DNA of 64,000 nt from Wenzhouxiangellaceae bacterium (GCA_032251235.1 JAVVET010000001.1:20918-84917), one strand, 5' to 3'. Shown: positions 9,747-18,951, counted from the first letter of the stretch. Program-made: numbers and translations. Notes: generated by a model not told the origin, from the sequence alone.

Positions 9747-9891
9747 TTCGGGATGACTAACCAGGGGATCGCCGCTTCCCGGTCACCGGCTCGATTGCCC
9801 GACCGGCATCGGCGATCCGGTTCCGAACAGTCAGATACCGGCCCCGCCGTTGATCTACCATAAGGGCTCCTCGAACACGGAGCCTTTTTTT

Positions 9892-11253
9892 ATGCATAAA
9901 GTCCTTCAGGCATTCGGCATCGTGTTGCCGGTTCTCGCGGTCGGCAGCCTGTGCTTGCCGGCCTGGTCGGCGACGGTCGTATTCGATCGCGTGCAGGTGG
10001 TTGATGTGGCCGCCGGCACGGTCGGCCCGCAGACGCAGCTTTTTGTTTCCGATGGCCGGATTGTCGAGGCTCCGGCCAACGAATCGGATACCGTGCGGCG
10101 AATCGATGGCCAGGGCCTGTTCCTGATCCCGGGACTGGCCGAAATGCACGCCCACGTTCCGCCCGCCGCCGACGCTCAACGCATCGATGATGTGCTGACG
10201 CTGTTCCTGGCCCACGGCGTCACGACGATCCGCGGCATGCTCGGCGAACCCGGGCATCTGCAATTGCGCGCCGAGTTGGCCCGTGGCGAGCGGATCGGCC
10301 CGAGACTGCTGACTTCCGGGCCGTCGCTGAACGGTGGTTCGGTTGCCACACCCGGCCAGGCCTGGACGCTGGTACGCCATCAGTCCGAGGCCGGCTATGA
10401 TTTTCTCAAGCTCCATCCGGGCCTGATGCCGCACACCTTCGAGGCCATCGCGCGCGCCGCTCGAGGCCTCGACATCGAATTTGCCGGCCATGTCTCCATC
10501 GGCGTCGGGCTCGAGCGTGCGCTGGCTGCCGGCCAGGCCACGATCGACCACCTCGACGGTTACGCCCAGGCGCTGGTGCCCGCGGATCATCCGGCCCGCC
10601 GGCGCGAGCCCGGCCTGTTCGGTTTCAATATCGGTGATGCCATGGACATCGGGCGCGTCGATGAATGGGCGCGGCGAACCCGCGACGCCGGCGTCTGGAA
10701 CGTGCCGACCCAGACCCTGATCGAGAACCTGGCGGTCAACGACCTGGATGTATTGATGGCTCGGCCGGCGATGCGCTGGGTCGACCAGGCAACCCGGAAC
10801 CAGTGGGCCGAGCGGGTCCGTCAAATGCGTTCGGATCAGCCGGCCGAGGCCCTGGCGCAATTCGTTGCGATCCGACGCGCGCTGATTCTGGCGCTGCATG
10901 AATCCGGCGCCGGCCTGCTGCTCGGTGCCGACGCCCCGCAAATCATGAACGTGCCCGGCGATGCGCTGCACCACGAACTCGAAATCTACGTGGCTGCCGG
11001 CCTGAGCCCGGCCCAGGCCCTGGCCACCGGCACGCTCAACGTCGCCCGCTTTCTCAAGCAGCCTGCCTATGCTTGTTTGCAGGCCGATTGCATCGCCGAC
11101 CTGGTACTGCTCGGCGCCAACCCGCTCGACGACATCTCCAATGTCCGGGATGTGCGCGGCGTGATGCGCGCCGGCCAGTGGTTCGACCGGAGCGCGCTGG
11201 ACGACATGCTCGAACAGATCGCCGATCGCGCCGACCCGACCGGGCCGGACTGA
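9892..11253 (+). CDS. Secreted metal-dependent amidohydrolase (COG1228-like).
   Basis: It has a signal peptide (MHKVLQAFGIVLPVLAVGSLCLPAWSA), the metal-ligand motif LAEMHAHV and a C-terminal ADLVLLGANPLDDI motif. Confidence 0.75.
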   Translation: MHKVLQAFGIVLPVLAVGSLCLPAWSATVVFDRVQVVDVAAGTVGPQTQLFVSDGRIVEAPANESDTVRRIDGQGLFLIPGLAEMHAHVPPAADAQRIDDVLTLFLAHGVTTIRGMLGEPGHLQLRAELARGERIGPRLLTSGPSLNGGSVATPGQAWTLVRHQSEAGYDFLKLHPGLMPHTFEAIARAARGLDIEFAGHVSIGVGLERALAAGQATIDHLDGYAQALVPADHPARRREPGLFGFNIGDAMDIGRVDEWARRTRDAGVWNVPTQTLIENLAVNDLDVLMARPAMRWVDQATRNQWAERVRQMRSDQPAEALAQFVAIRRALILALHESGAGLLLGADAPQIMNVPGDALHHELEIYVAAGLSPAQALATGTLNVARFLKQPAYACLQADCIADLVLLGANPLDDISNVRDVRGVMRAGQWFDRSALDDMLEQIADRADPTGPD

Positions 11254-11268
11254 AAGGAAAGTGGCCCG

Positions 11269-11820
11269 GTGATTCAACGTCCGCTGAAATATGTCGATCG
11301 CCTGCAGTCGCGCGAGCGCGCTGATATTGGCCGCGTGGTGATCCATGCAACCGAGCTGCCCGACCTGGCGACCGCGCGCGAATACGGCGAGCGCTTGAGA
11401 TACGCGCAATCTGGCACCGGCAACAGCGGCCATTTTTACATCGACCGCAACGGTCAGATCGAACAATGGGTGCCGATCGACCGGGTCGCCCACCACGTTC
11501 GGGCACACAACGCCGACTCGATCGGCATCGAGCTGGTCAACCGGGGCCGCTGGCCGCATTGGCTCGACAGCCGCAGCCAGGATTGGCCGGAAAACTATCC
11601 GGAAACCCAGATTCAGGCCCTGATTGCCTTGTTGATGCAGTTGCGCGATGAGCTTCCGGCGCTGGCCGAGATTGCCGGCCACGATCAACTGGATGTGGAA
11701 TGGGTTGAAGCCAGCGATGATGCGACCCGGAAAGTTCGTCGCAAGACCGACCCCGGGCCCGGCTTTCCGTGGCCACAGCTGCTACAGGCGACCGGCCTGA
11801 AGCGAGCCGGCCATGAATAA
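11269..11820 (+). CDS. N-acetylmuramoyl-L-alanine amidase, AmpD-type (Amidase_2).
   Basis: VVIHATE, AHHVRAHNADSIGIELVN and GH...RKTDPGPGFPW match the AmpD zinc and catalytic motifs. It has a GTG start with AAAGGAAAG 7 nt upstream. Confidence 0.75.
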   Translation: MIQRPLKYVDRLQSRERADIGRVVIHATELPDLATAREYGERLRYAQSGTGNSGHFYIDRNGQIEQWVPIDRVAHHVRAHNADSIGIELVNRGRWPHWLDSRSQDWPENYPETQIQALIALLMQLRDELPALAEIAGHDQLDVEWVEASDDATRKVRRKTDPGPGFPWPQLLQATGLKRAGHE

Positions 11821-13789
11821 AGACGGCGCTCCGGCCGAACAGGACAGCCTGGTCGCCATCGGTGTCGATACCGGCGGCACCTTTACCGATTTCGTCGCTT
11901 TTCTCGATGGCCGTCTGCAAACCGCCAAGGTGCTGTCCACGCCCGACGACCCGGCTCGCGCGATTGCCACCGGGCTGGCTCAGCTGGGCCTGGCCGAGCG
12001 GGCCGTAGACCTTGTCCACGGCACCACCGTGGGCACCAACGCGGTGCTGGAAAACAAGGGTGCATCGGTGGCCTTGATTACCTCGACCGGCTTTGCCGAC
12101 CTGCTCAGCCTGGGCCGGCAGAACCGCGACGCTCTCTACAGCCTGGAACAGCCGCCGGTGGCCGATCCCGTTGCGCATGAAATGTGCCTGGAAATCGATG
12201 CCCGGGTCGCCGCCGACGGATCGCGGCTGGCCGAACCCGATGAGCAGGCGCTTGCACGCCTGGGCCGGGAAATCGAACGGCTGGCGCCCGAAGCGGTCGC
12301 CGTCAACCTGCTTTTCTCGTGGCTGGATCCCGAGCTCGAGCAGCGCATCGCCGGGGCCTTGCCCGACGGCCTGCCGGTGTCGCTGTCATCGGAGGTACTG
12401 CCCGAGATTCGCGAATACGAGCGCGGCATCGCGACCTGGCTCAACGCTGCGATCGGGCCGCGCCTGTCCGGCTACCTCGAGCGGCTCGGCCAGCAGCTGG
12501 CTGGCGGCCGGCTGGCGGTCATGCAGTCCAGTGGCCTGACGGTGTCGGCCGATCAGGCCAGCCAGCGCGCCGTGCACCTGCTGCTTTCCGGGCCGGCCGG
12601 CGGCCTGGCCGGTGCTGCGCATATCGGCAGGGAAATCGGCGCCGAGCGCTTGCTGACCTTCGACATGGGCGGCACGTCCACCGATGTCGCCCTGCTGCAG
12701 GGCACGCCGGCACTGACCCGCGAAGGCCGCATCGGCCGCTACCCGGTGGCCGTGCCGATGGTCGACATGCACACCATCGGCGCCGGCGGCGGATCGATCG
12801 TGCGCGTCGACCCCGGTGGGCTGCTGCAGGTGGGTCCGGCCTCGGCCGGGGCCGACCCGGGCCCGGTCTGCTACGGGCGCGGCGGCAACCGCGTGACCGT
12901 GACCGACGCCAACCTGATCCTCGGGCGATTGCCGCGCGACACGCGCCTGGGCGGCAGCCACCAACTCGACTACCAGGCAGCGCGCGAGGCGCTGGACCAT
13001 CTCGCCGACCAGCTTGGCCTGGAAACGCTGGAAACCGCCGAAGGCATCCTTCGGATCGCCAACGAACACATGTCGCGGGCCCTCAGGGTGATGTCGGCCG
13101 AGCGCGGCATCGATCCCAAGACCTGCACGCTGATGAGTTTCGGCGGCGCCGGCGGCCTGCACGTCTGCGAACTGGCCGACAGCCTCGGCATGAGCAGTGC
13201 CGTGGTGCCGGCGCGCGCCGGCGTGCTGTCGGCGCTGGGCATGCTGGTGGCCGAACCCGGCCGCCAGGCGACCGCGAGCCTGCTCAGGCGCGGCGACGAA
13301 ATTACCACGCAGGAACTGCAAGCGGCGTTCGAGCCGCTGCTTTCGCAAGTGCGCAGCGAACTGCAGGCCGAAGGTGTGGCGCCGGAACAACTGAAGCTGC
13401 AGCGCCAGGTGGGTTGCCGCTATGTCGGACAAAGCACGACGCTGGAACTGGAGGCCTGCCGGCCCGGTGAACTCGTCGATGCCTTTCACGACGCCCACGA
13501 AGCGGCCTACGGCCACCGCCTGGATTTGCCGGTGGAACTGGTCGGTCTGAGGGTCGAGGCGCGCGGGCCGGTTCGGCTCGAACAGGTCCCGCCGTTTGAA
13601 CCGGCGGGCGAACAACTGTCCCGAAGTGACGAATCGCCACCGATCCGGCCGCGCGGTGCGGTCACCGACCAGCCGATTGCCGGCCCGGCCATCATCGTCG
13701 ACGAAGACGCGACCACCTGGGTCGCGCCCGGCTGGCAGATTCACCGCGACCCGGCCGGTCACTTGCGGCTTGCACGAGCCACCGACTGA
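11813..13789 (+). CDS. Hydantoinase A / oxoprolinase family protein (HyuA-like, ATP-dependent).
   Basis: IGVDTGGTFTDFV, HGTTVGTNAVLE, DMGGTSTDV and GGAGGLH are ASKHA/hydantoinase_A signatures. Its start overlaps the amidase stop by 8 nt. Confidence 0.8.
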   Translation: MNKDGAPAEQDSLVAIGVDTGGTFTDFVAFLDGRLQTAKVLSTPDDPARAIATGLAQLGLAERAVDLVHGTTVGTNAVLENKGASVALITSTGFADLLSLGRQNRDALYSLEQPPVADPVAHEMCLEIDARVAADGSRLAEPDEQALARLGREIERLAPEAVAVNLLFSWLDPELEQRIAGALPDGLPVSLSSEVLPEIREYERGIATWLNAAIGPRLSGYLERLGQQLAGGRLAVMQSSGLTVSADQASQRAVHLLLSGPAGGLAGAAHIGREIGAERLLTFDMGGTSTDVALLQGTPALTREGRIGRYPVAVPMVDMHTIGAGGGSIVRVDPGGLLQVGPASAGADPGPVCYGRGGNRVTVTDANLILGRLPRDTRLGGSHQLDYQAAREALDHLADQLGLETLETAEGILRIANEHMSRALRVMSAERGIDPKTCTLMSFGGAGGLHVCELADSLGMSSAVVPARAGVLSALGMLVAEPGRQATASLLRRGDEITTQELQAAFEPLLSQVRSELQAEGVAPEQLKLQRQVGCRYVGQSTTLELEACRPGELVDAFHDAHEAAYGHRLDLPVELVGLRVEARGPVRLEQVPPFEPAGEQLSRSDESPPIRPRGAVTDQPIAGPAIIVDEDATTWVAPGWQIHRDPAGHLRLARATD

Positions 13790-13860
13790 TCATCAGGAAA
13801 CGTCGGTGTCGCGGTATCGCCGCGGCAGGCTCCCGGGAGTCTGCGCATCGGCGCCGTGCA

Positions 13861-15225
13861 TCAGATAATCCCCAGCAGCCCGCCCAGTACGACCAAAATC
13901 AGGACCGGCGTGACCACGCGGGTCAGCCACAACCAGGCCGCGAATGCCCAGTTGGGCATTTTTTCGTCGAGTTCCTCGCGGGTGATCTGATTGGACAGCA
14001 CCCAGCCGGCGAACACCGCGGTCAGTAGGCCGCCAATCGGCAGCAGAATGTTGGAGGCGACGAAGTCGATCGCGTCCATGATGCCCTTGCCGCCGATGGT
14101 GACCTCGGACCAGATGTTGAAGCCGAATACCGATACCAGGCCGAATGCCCAGGTGGCCGCGGCAACGGTGACTGCAATTTGCTTGCGGCTGAAGTTGGTG
14201 ACTTCAACGAAATACGCCGTCGGCGGCTCCAGCAGCGAGATTGAGCTGGTCCAGGCCGCGACCGCGAGCAGGCCGAAGAACGCCATGCCGTAGGCGATGC
14301 CGAAGGGCATTTCGTTGAATGCCAGCGGCAGTGATGTGAAAATGAAGCCGGCGCCGCCGCCGGCCGGGTCCAGGCCAAACGAGATCACGATCGGGAAAAT
14401 CGCCATGCCGGCCACCAGCGCCACTGCGGTGTCGGCGAAGGCGACCGCGATGCCGACCGTGGGTACGTTGACGTCCGACGGCAGATAGGCGCCGTAGGCC
14501 ATGATTGCGCACATGCCCAGGCTCAACGTGAAAAAGGCCTGGCCCATGGCCCTGACGACCATCGCGCCGGACAGCTGCGACCAGTCGGGCGAGAATAAAA
14601 AGCCCATCGCTTCCTGGAAGTGGCCGGTGCTCATGCCGTAGCCCAGCAGCACCATCAGCAGCACGAACAGCGTCGGCATCAGTACCGAAACGGCGCGTTC
14701 CAGGCCCTCTTCCACGCCGAGCGCGACGACCCCGACGGTGAGCACCATGAACAGGCCATGCCAGAAGATCAGCCGCCCGGGATCGGCCAGCAAGGCGTTA
14801 AATGTTTCGCTGGGGTCTGAGATCGCCGGTGCGCCCAAGGCCAGTTGCTGGAAGTAGTCGAAACCGTAGGACAGCGTCCAGCCGGCAACCACCGAATAGA
14901 ACGAAAGCACCAAAAATCCGGCGATCACGCCGAGCCAGCCCAGGCCCATCCAGGCCCTGGAGGCGCCGGCGGCGGCGGCCAGCTCCTTGAGCGAGTTGAT
15001 CGGGCTCATGCGGCCACGCCGGCCGATCACGATTTCGGAAAAAAGAATCGGCAGCCCGACGACCGCGATGCAGGCCAGGTAAACCAGCACGAACGCGCCG
15101 CCGCCGTTTTCCGAGGTGATGTAGGGGAAGCGCCAGATGTTGCCAAGACCGACCGCCGAGCCGGTGGCGGCCAGTACGAACATCAGGCGCGAAGACCACA
15201 TGCCGTGGACAGAAGTTGTTTTCAT
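13861..15225 (-). CDS. Sodium-dependent transporter, neurotransmitter:sodium symporter (NSS/SNF) family.
   Basis: It carries the GLGNIWRFPY signature and about 12 TM segments. Confidence 0.85.
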   Translation of the reverse strand: MKTTSVHGMWSSRLMFVLAATGSAVGLGNIWRFPYITSENGGGAFVLVYLACIAVVGLPILFSEIVIGRRGRMSPINSLKELAAAAGASRAWMGLGWLGVIAGFLVLSFYSVVAGWTLSYGFDYFQQLALGAPAISDPSETFNALLADPGRLIFWHGLFMVLTVGVVALGVEEGLERAVSVLMPTLFVLLMVLLGYGMSTGHFQEAMGFLFSPDWSQLSGAMVVRAMGQAFFTLSLGMCAIMAYGAYLPSDVNVPTVGIAVAFADTAVALVAGMAIFPIVISFGLDPAGGGAGFIFTSLPLAFNEMPFGIAYGMAFFGLLAVAAWTSSISLLEPPTAYFVEVTNFSRKQIAVTVAAATWAFGLVSVFGFNIWSEVTIGGKGIMDAIDFVASNILLPIGGLLTAVFAGWVLSNQITREELDEKMPNWAFAAWLWLTRVVTPVLILVVLGGLLGII

Positions 15226-15255
15226 GGGATTTCCGGTCGCTTATCGTTGTTTTTG

Positions 15256-15269
15256 AATTGCCGGCAATT
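15256..15269. promoter_or_regulatory. Perfect 14-bp palindrome AATTGCCGGCAATT about 30 bp upstream of the NSS transporter start. Operator candidate.
   Basis: Read directly at 15256-15269. The 7-bp arms are the same as in the palindrome at 9727-9741. Confidence 0.4.
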
Positions 15270-15483
15270 GTGTACCAAGCCCGGCCCGGAAGCAAATGAA
15301 TCGGCCGCGATGCCGAAGCGGCACGAGCTTGCTATGCTGTGGCCACCCGAAGTTTCATGAATCGACGATGCCCGCCTGTCTGCCTGAAATACTTCGCCTG
15401 GTTTCCGATGCCCGGCATCCGGCCATGATGCGCGCATTGCGCCGGACGGGCGTGCGCGCCGAAAGCCGCGGCCCGGGCTTGCG

Positions 15484-16176
15484 ATGAGCGAGCCGCTGCT
15501 GGTGCTCGAGTTGCTGCGCTTTACCTGGCCGGGCGATGCCGGGCCGGTGATCGATCGGCTGGACCTGACGATCGATCGCGGCCGGCGCGTGTTTCTGGCC
15601 GGCGCTTCGGGATCGGGCAAATCGACGCTGCTGGCCTTGATCGGCGGCCTGGTGACGCCGGACTCGGGCTCGGTTCGTTTTGCCGGCCAGGACCTCAAGA
15701 CGCTGTCGGGCGCTGCGCGTGATCGCTTTCGGGCCGATCATCTCGGCGTGATCTTCCAGCAGTTCAACCTGCTGCCGTGGCTGGATGCAGTGGCCAACGT
15801 GCGCCTGGGTTGTCAATTTTCGCGCCTGCGCCGGGATCGGGCCGGCAACGCCGATCAGCAGGCGCGCTACCTGCTGGCGGCCATGGGCCTGCCTGAGGAC
15901 CGCTGGAACCGGCGCGCCGACGCCTTGAGCGTCGGCCAGCAGCAGCGCGTGGCGGCTGCACGCGCGCTGATCGGGCGGCCCGACCTGGTGCTGGCCGACG
16001 AGCCGACCTCGGCGCTGGACGCCGAGCGCCGCGACGGCTTTGTCGAGCTGTTGTTCGAACAGGCCGAGCAGGCCGGCAGTTCGCTGCTGTTCGTCAGCCA
16101 CGACCGCCAGCTGGCCGAGCGTTTCGACGAAGTTCATGAACTCGATGACCTGAACCGAGCCGGAGACCCGCCATGA
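15484..16176 (+). CDS. ABC transporter ATP-binding protein (MacB/LolD-like).
   Basis: It has Walker A GASGSGKST, signature LSVGQQQRVAAARAL and Walker B LVLADEPTSALD. Confidence 0.85.
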   Translation: MSEPLLVLELLRFTWPGDAGPVIDRLDLTIDRGRRVFLAGASGSGKSTLLALIGGLVTPDSGSVRFAGQDLKTLSGAARDRFRADHLGVIFQQFNLLPWLDAVANVRLGCQFSRLRRDRAGNADQQARYLLAAMGLPEDRWNRRADALSVGQQQRVAAARALIGRPDLVLADEPTSALDAERRDGFVELLFEQAEQAGSSLLFVSHDRQLAERFDEVHELDDLNRAGDPP

Positions 16177-17438
16177 CCTTATTGGGCCTGGCGCGCGGCT
16201 CGCTGGCCAACCGCCGCGCGGCGGTCGCGCTGACGGTTGCGACCATCGCCATTTCGATCGGCCTGCTGGTGCTGGTCGAACAAATGCGCGGCCAGTTGCG
16301 AGAAGGCTTCTATCGCTCGGTTTCGGGCACCGACCTGATCGTCGGCGCGCCCACGGCACCGGTGCAGTTGCTGCTGAGCTCGGTTTTCGGCCTCGGCAAT
16401 CCGGCCCGCAACGTCGCCTGGCAAAGTTACCGCGACATCGTCGCCGATCCGGTCGTGGCCTGGTCGATCCCGATTTCGCTGGGTGATTCCCACCAGGGCT
16501 ATCGCGTGGTCGGCACCACCGCCGCGATGTTCGAGCATTACCGCTACGCCGGCCGCCAGGCGCTTGAATTCCGCCACGGCGGGCCGTTCGAAGACCTGTT
16601 CGAGGTCGTGGTCGGGGCCCAGGTTGCGCGATCGCTGGGCTATGCGCCCGGCGATCGGGTGGTGCTGGGCCACGGCGGCGGCAACGTCAGCCTGCACCAG
16701 CACGACGACCAGGCCTTTGAAGTCAGCGGCGTGCTGGCACCGACCGGAACGCCGGTCGACCAGTCGTTGTATATCCGCCTGGCCGCCCACCACGCCATCC
16801 ACATCGGCTGGGAGCGCGGCCTGCCCCGGCCCGGCGACACGCTCTTGCCGGACCAGGCCCGGGCCTCGATCGAGCGCCTGCAACCCGACCAGATCAGCGC
16901 GTTTTTTCTCGGCCTCAAGACCCGCGCGGCGGCGTTTGGCCTGCAGTATGAAATCAATCGCTACCCGAACGAAGCGCTGCTGGCGGTGTTGCCGGGGATT
17001 GCGCTGCAGGAGCTCTGGCGAATCACCGGACTGGCCGAACGGATTCTGCGCATCGTCGCCGGCCTGGTGGTGCTGGCCGGCCTGCTCGGCATGCTGACCG
17101 CGCTGTTGACCACGCTCAACGAGCGCCGCCGCGAGATGGCGATTCTGCGAGCCTGTGGCGCCCGTCCGTGGCAAATTGCCGGCCTGCTGCTGCTGGAGGC
17201 TGCGGTCATGACCTTGTTCGGCATCATTGTCGGGCTGGTGCTGGCCGTTTCGGCCCAGCTCGCGCTGTCGCCGTGGCTGCTGGACAATTTCGGCATCGCC
17301 GTGTCGCCGGCCTGGCCCGAGGCCTGGCACTGGCTGGTGCTGGCCGCAATCTGGTTGGCCGGCGTACTCGTGGCGCTGGTGCCGGCGCTCATGGTCTATC
17401 GACGCACGCTGGCCGATGGCATGCAGGTGCGCCAGTGA
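16173..17438 (+). CDS. ABC transporter permease, FtsX/MacB-type.
   Basis: It overlaps the ATPase stop by 4 nt. It has an N-terminal TM, a large periplasmic domain and a C-terminal FtsX-like 3-TM bundle (ERRREMAILRACGARPWQI). Confidence 0.8.
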   Translation: MTLLGLARGSLANRRAAVALTVATIAISIGLLVLVEQMRGQLREGFYRSVSGTDLIVGAPTAPVQLLLSSVFGLGNPARNVAWQSYRDIVADPVVAWSIPISLGDSHQGYRVVGTTAAMFEHYRYAGRQALEFRHGGPFEDLFEVVVGAQVARSLGYAPGDRVVLGHGGGNVSLHQHDDQAFEVSGVLAPTGTPVDQSLYIRLAAHHAIHIGWERGLPRPGDTLLPDQARASIERLQPDQISAFFLGLKTRAAAFGLQYEINRYPNEALLAVLPGIALQELWRITGLAERILRIVAGLVVLAGLLGMLTALLTTLNERRREMAILRACGARPWQIAGLLLLEAAVMTLFGIIVGLVLAVSAQLALSPWLLDNFGIAVSPAWPEAWHWLVLAAIWLAGVLVALVPALMVYRRTLADGMQVRQ

Positions 17439-17530
17439 CGGCCGAAGCCGCATCGCCATCGAACCAAAGCAGGCCGCAAGCGTCCATATCCTGGTTCGTC
17501 CCCAATCTTGAAAACTTCTGGAATCTGCAA

Positions 17531-18010
17531 ATGAACTTACGTTCGATCTGTTTGATGTTGTTGCTCGTGCCGGTGTCGGTGATCGCCGAAACGCGGGAAA
17601 TCGAGTGGTTTGACTTGATGCCCGAAACCGAGGCCGAGACCTGGCTGGCCGAACAGACCGGTATCGACCATTCCGGCGCCGGAGCGACCGAGGCGCCGTT
17701 TCAGTCCTACAGCACGGTGGGTGAACTGGACGGCGCGCAGGTCCGGATTCCGGGTTTCGTGGTGCCGGTGGAGACCACCGAGGACGGCAAGCTCAGCGAG
17801 TTTTTCCTGGTGCCGTACTTTGGCGCCTGCATCCACCTGCCGCCGCCGCCGGCCAACCAGATCATTTACGGCCGGCTGGAGCAGCCGATCGACATGGTCA
17901 ACATCTGGGATGCGTTCTGGATGGAAGGCCGGCTGACCATCGAGGATGTCAGCAACGAGACCGCCGATTCGGCCTATACGATGGCGGTCCGCACCTTGAA
18001 GGTGTATTGA
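17531..18010 (+). CDS. DUF3299-type secreted protein.
   Basis: It has a signal peptide (MNLRSICLMLLLVPVSVIA) and the conserved FFLVPYFGACIHLPPPPANQ motif. The longer ORF from 17168 overlaps the permease and was rejected. Confidence 0.65.
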   Translation: MNLRSICLMLLLVPVSVIAETREIEWFDLMPETEAETWLAEQTGIDHSGAGATEAPFQSYSTVGELDGAQVRIPGFVVPVETTEDGKLSEFFLVPYFGACIHLPPPPANQIIYGRLEQPIDMVNIWDAFWMEGRLTIEDVSNETADSAYTMAVRTLKVY

Positions 18011-18089
18011 GACGGTGTCCTGAAGCCGGGGCATGAATGACCCGGGCTGAAGCCGTGCCGCAGTAAAAGGGGCGATGAATCAGACCGGT

Positions 18090-18860
18090 TCAAACGTCGC
18101 GCACCGTCACGCCCTGGCGTGCCAGCCAGCTCTTGAGTTCGGGTATCGCGATCTGGCCGGAGTGGAAGACGCTGGCGGCCAGGGCGCCATCGACATCGGC
18201 CCGCTCGAACACCTCGAGGAAGTGCTCGCGCTTGCCGGCTCCGCCCGAGGCAATCAGCGGCAGGTCGCAAACGGCGCGCATTTCGGCCAGCTGCTCGATG
18301 TCGTAGCCGCTGCGCACGCCGTCGGCGTCCATGCAGTTCAGCACGATTTCGCCGGCACCGAGTTGCTGCACCTGCTCGACCCAGGCCCGCGTATCGAGAC
18401 CCGGGTCGATCATGTTGTCCGGGTCGCCGGTGTTGGCGCGCAGGCGGTATTGACCGCCCTCGCGGATGCTGTCGATGCCGATCACGATGCACTGGCTGCC
18501 GAAGGCGTCGGCCAGTTCGGTGATCAGCTCCGGGCGCTTCAAGGCCGGGGTGTTGATCGAAATCTTGTCGGCGCCGGCATGCAGCACCGAGCGTGCCCGC
18601 TCGACGTCGCGGATGCCGCCGGCGACGGCGAACGGGATGTCGATTTCGGCCGCCACCCGGGTCACCCATTCGACATCGACCGAGCGCGCCTCGGGGCTGG
18701 CGGTGATGTCGTAGAACACCAGTTCGTCGGCGCCGGCGTCGCGGTAGGCCCGGGCGCGTTCGATGATGCCGCCCATGTCGACGTGGTTGCGGAACTTCAC
18801 GCCCTTGACCACACGCCCGCCACGCACGTCCAGGCACGGGATGATGCGCACGGCGACCAT
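18090..18860 (-). CDS. hisF: Imidazole glycerol phosphate synthase, cyclase subunit.
   Basis: [23 protein letters not shown]...ASVFH is canonical HisF. Confidence 0.93.
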   Translation of the reverse strand: MVAVRIIPCLDVRGGRVVKGVKFRNHVDMGGIIERARAYRDAGADELVFYDITASPEARSVDVEWVTRVAAEIDIPFAVAGGIRDVERARSVLHAGADKISINTPALKRPELITELADAFGSQCIVIGIDSIREGGQYRLRANTGDPDNMIDPGLDTRAWVEQVQQLGAGEIVLNCMDADGVRSGYDIEQLAEMRAVCDLPLIASGGAGKREHFLEVFERADVDGALAASVFHSGQIAIPELKSWLARQGVTVRDV

Positions 18861-18951
18861 CAGGCGGCCAATTCCCGCTCAACGCTGCGCTCGCGCGGGC
18901 GCAGCGATCGGCCGGCGCAAGACCGGCAGCGCCCGATGAACGATGCGCCGG

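Noticed and set aside
9823-9851. A possible ECF-type promoter (CCGAAC ... CGTT) upstream of the amidohydrolase gene.
   Set aside because: The spacer between GAAC and CGT is 19 nt, longer than the 16-17 nt typical of ECF promoters, and the -10 context is weak. It was mentioned only as context, not called.
9757-11688. A 643-aa ORF on the minus strand spanning the amidohydrolase and amidase genes.
   Set aside because: The composition is rich in Arg, Ala, Gly and Pro with no recognisable motifs. It lies exactly antisense to two plus-strand genes with strong family signatures. This is a typical high-GC shadow ORF.
17168-17530. The upstream 121 codons of the ORF containing the DUF3299 gene.
   Set aside because: It overlaps the 3' end of the FtsX permease gene in another frame. 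The DUF3299 family starts with its signal peptide at the ATG at 17531.
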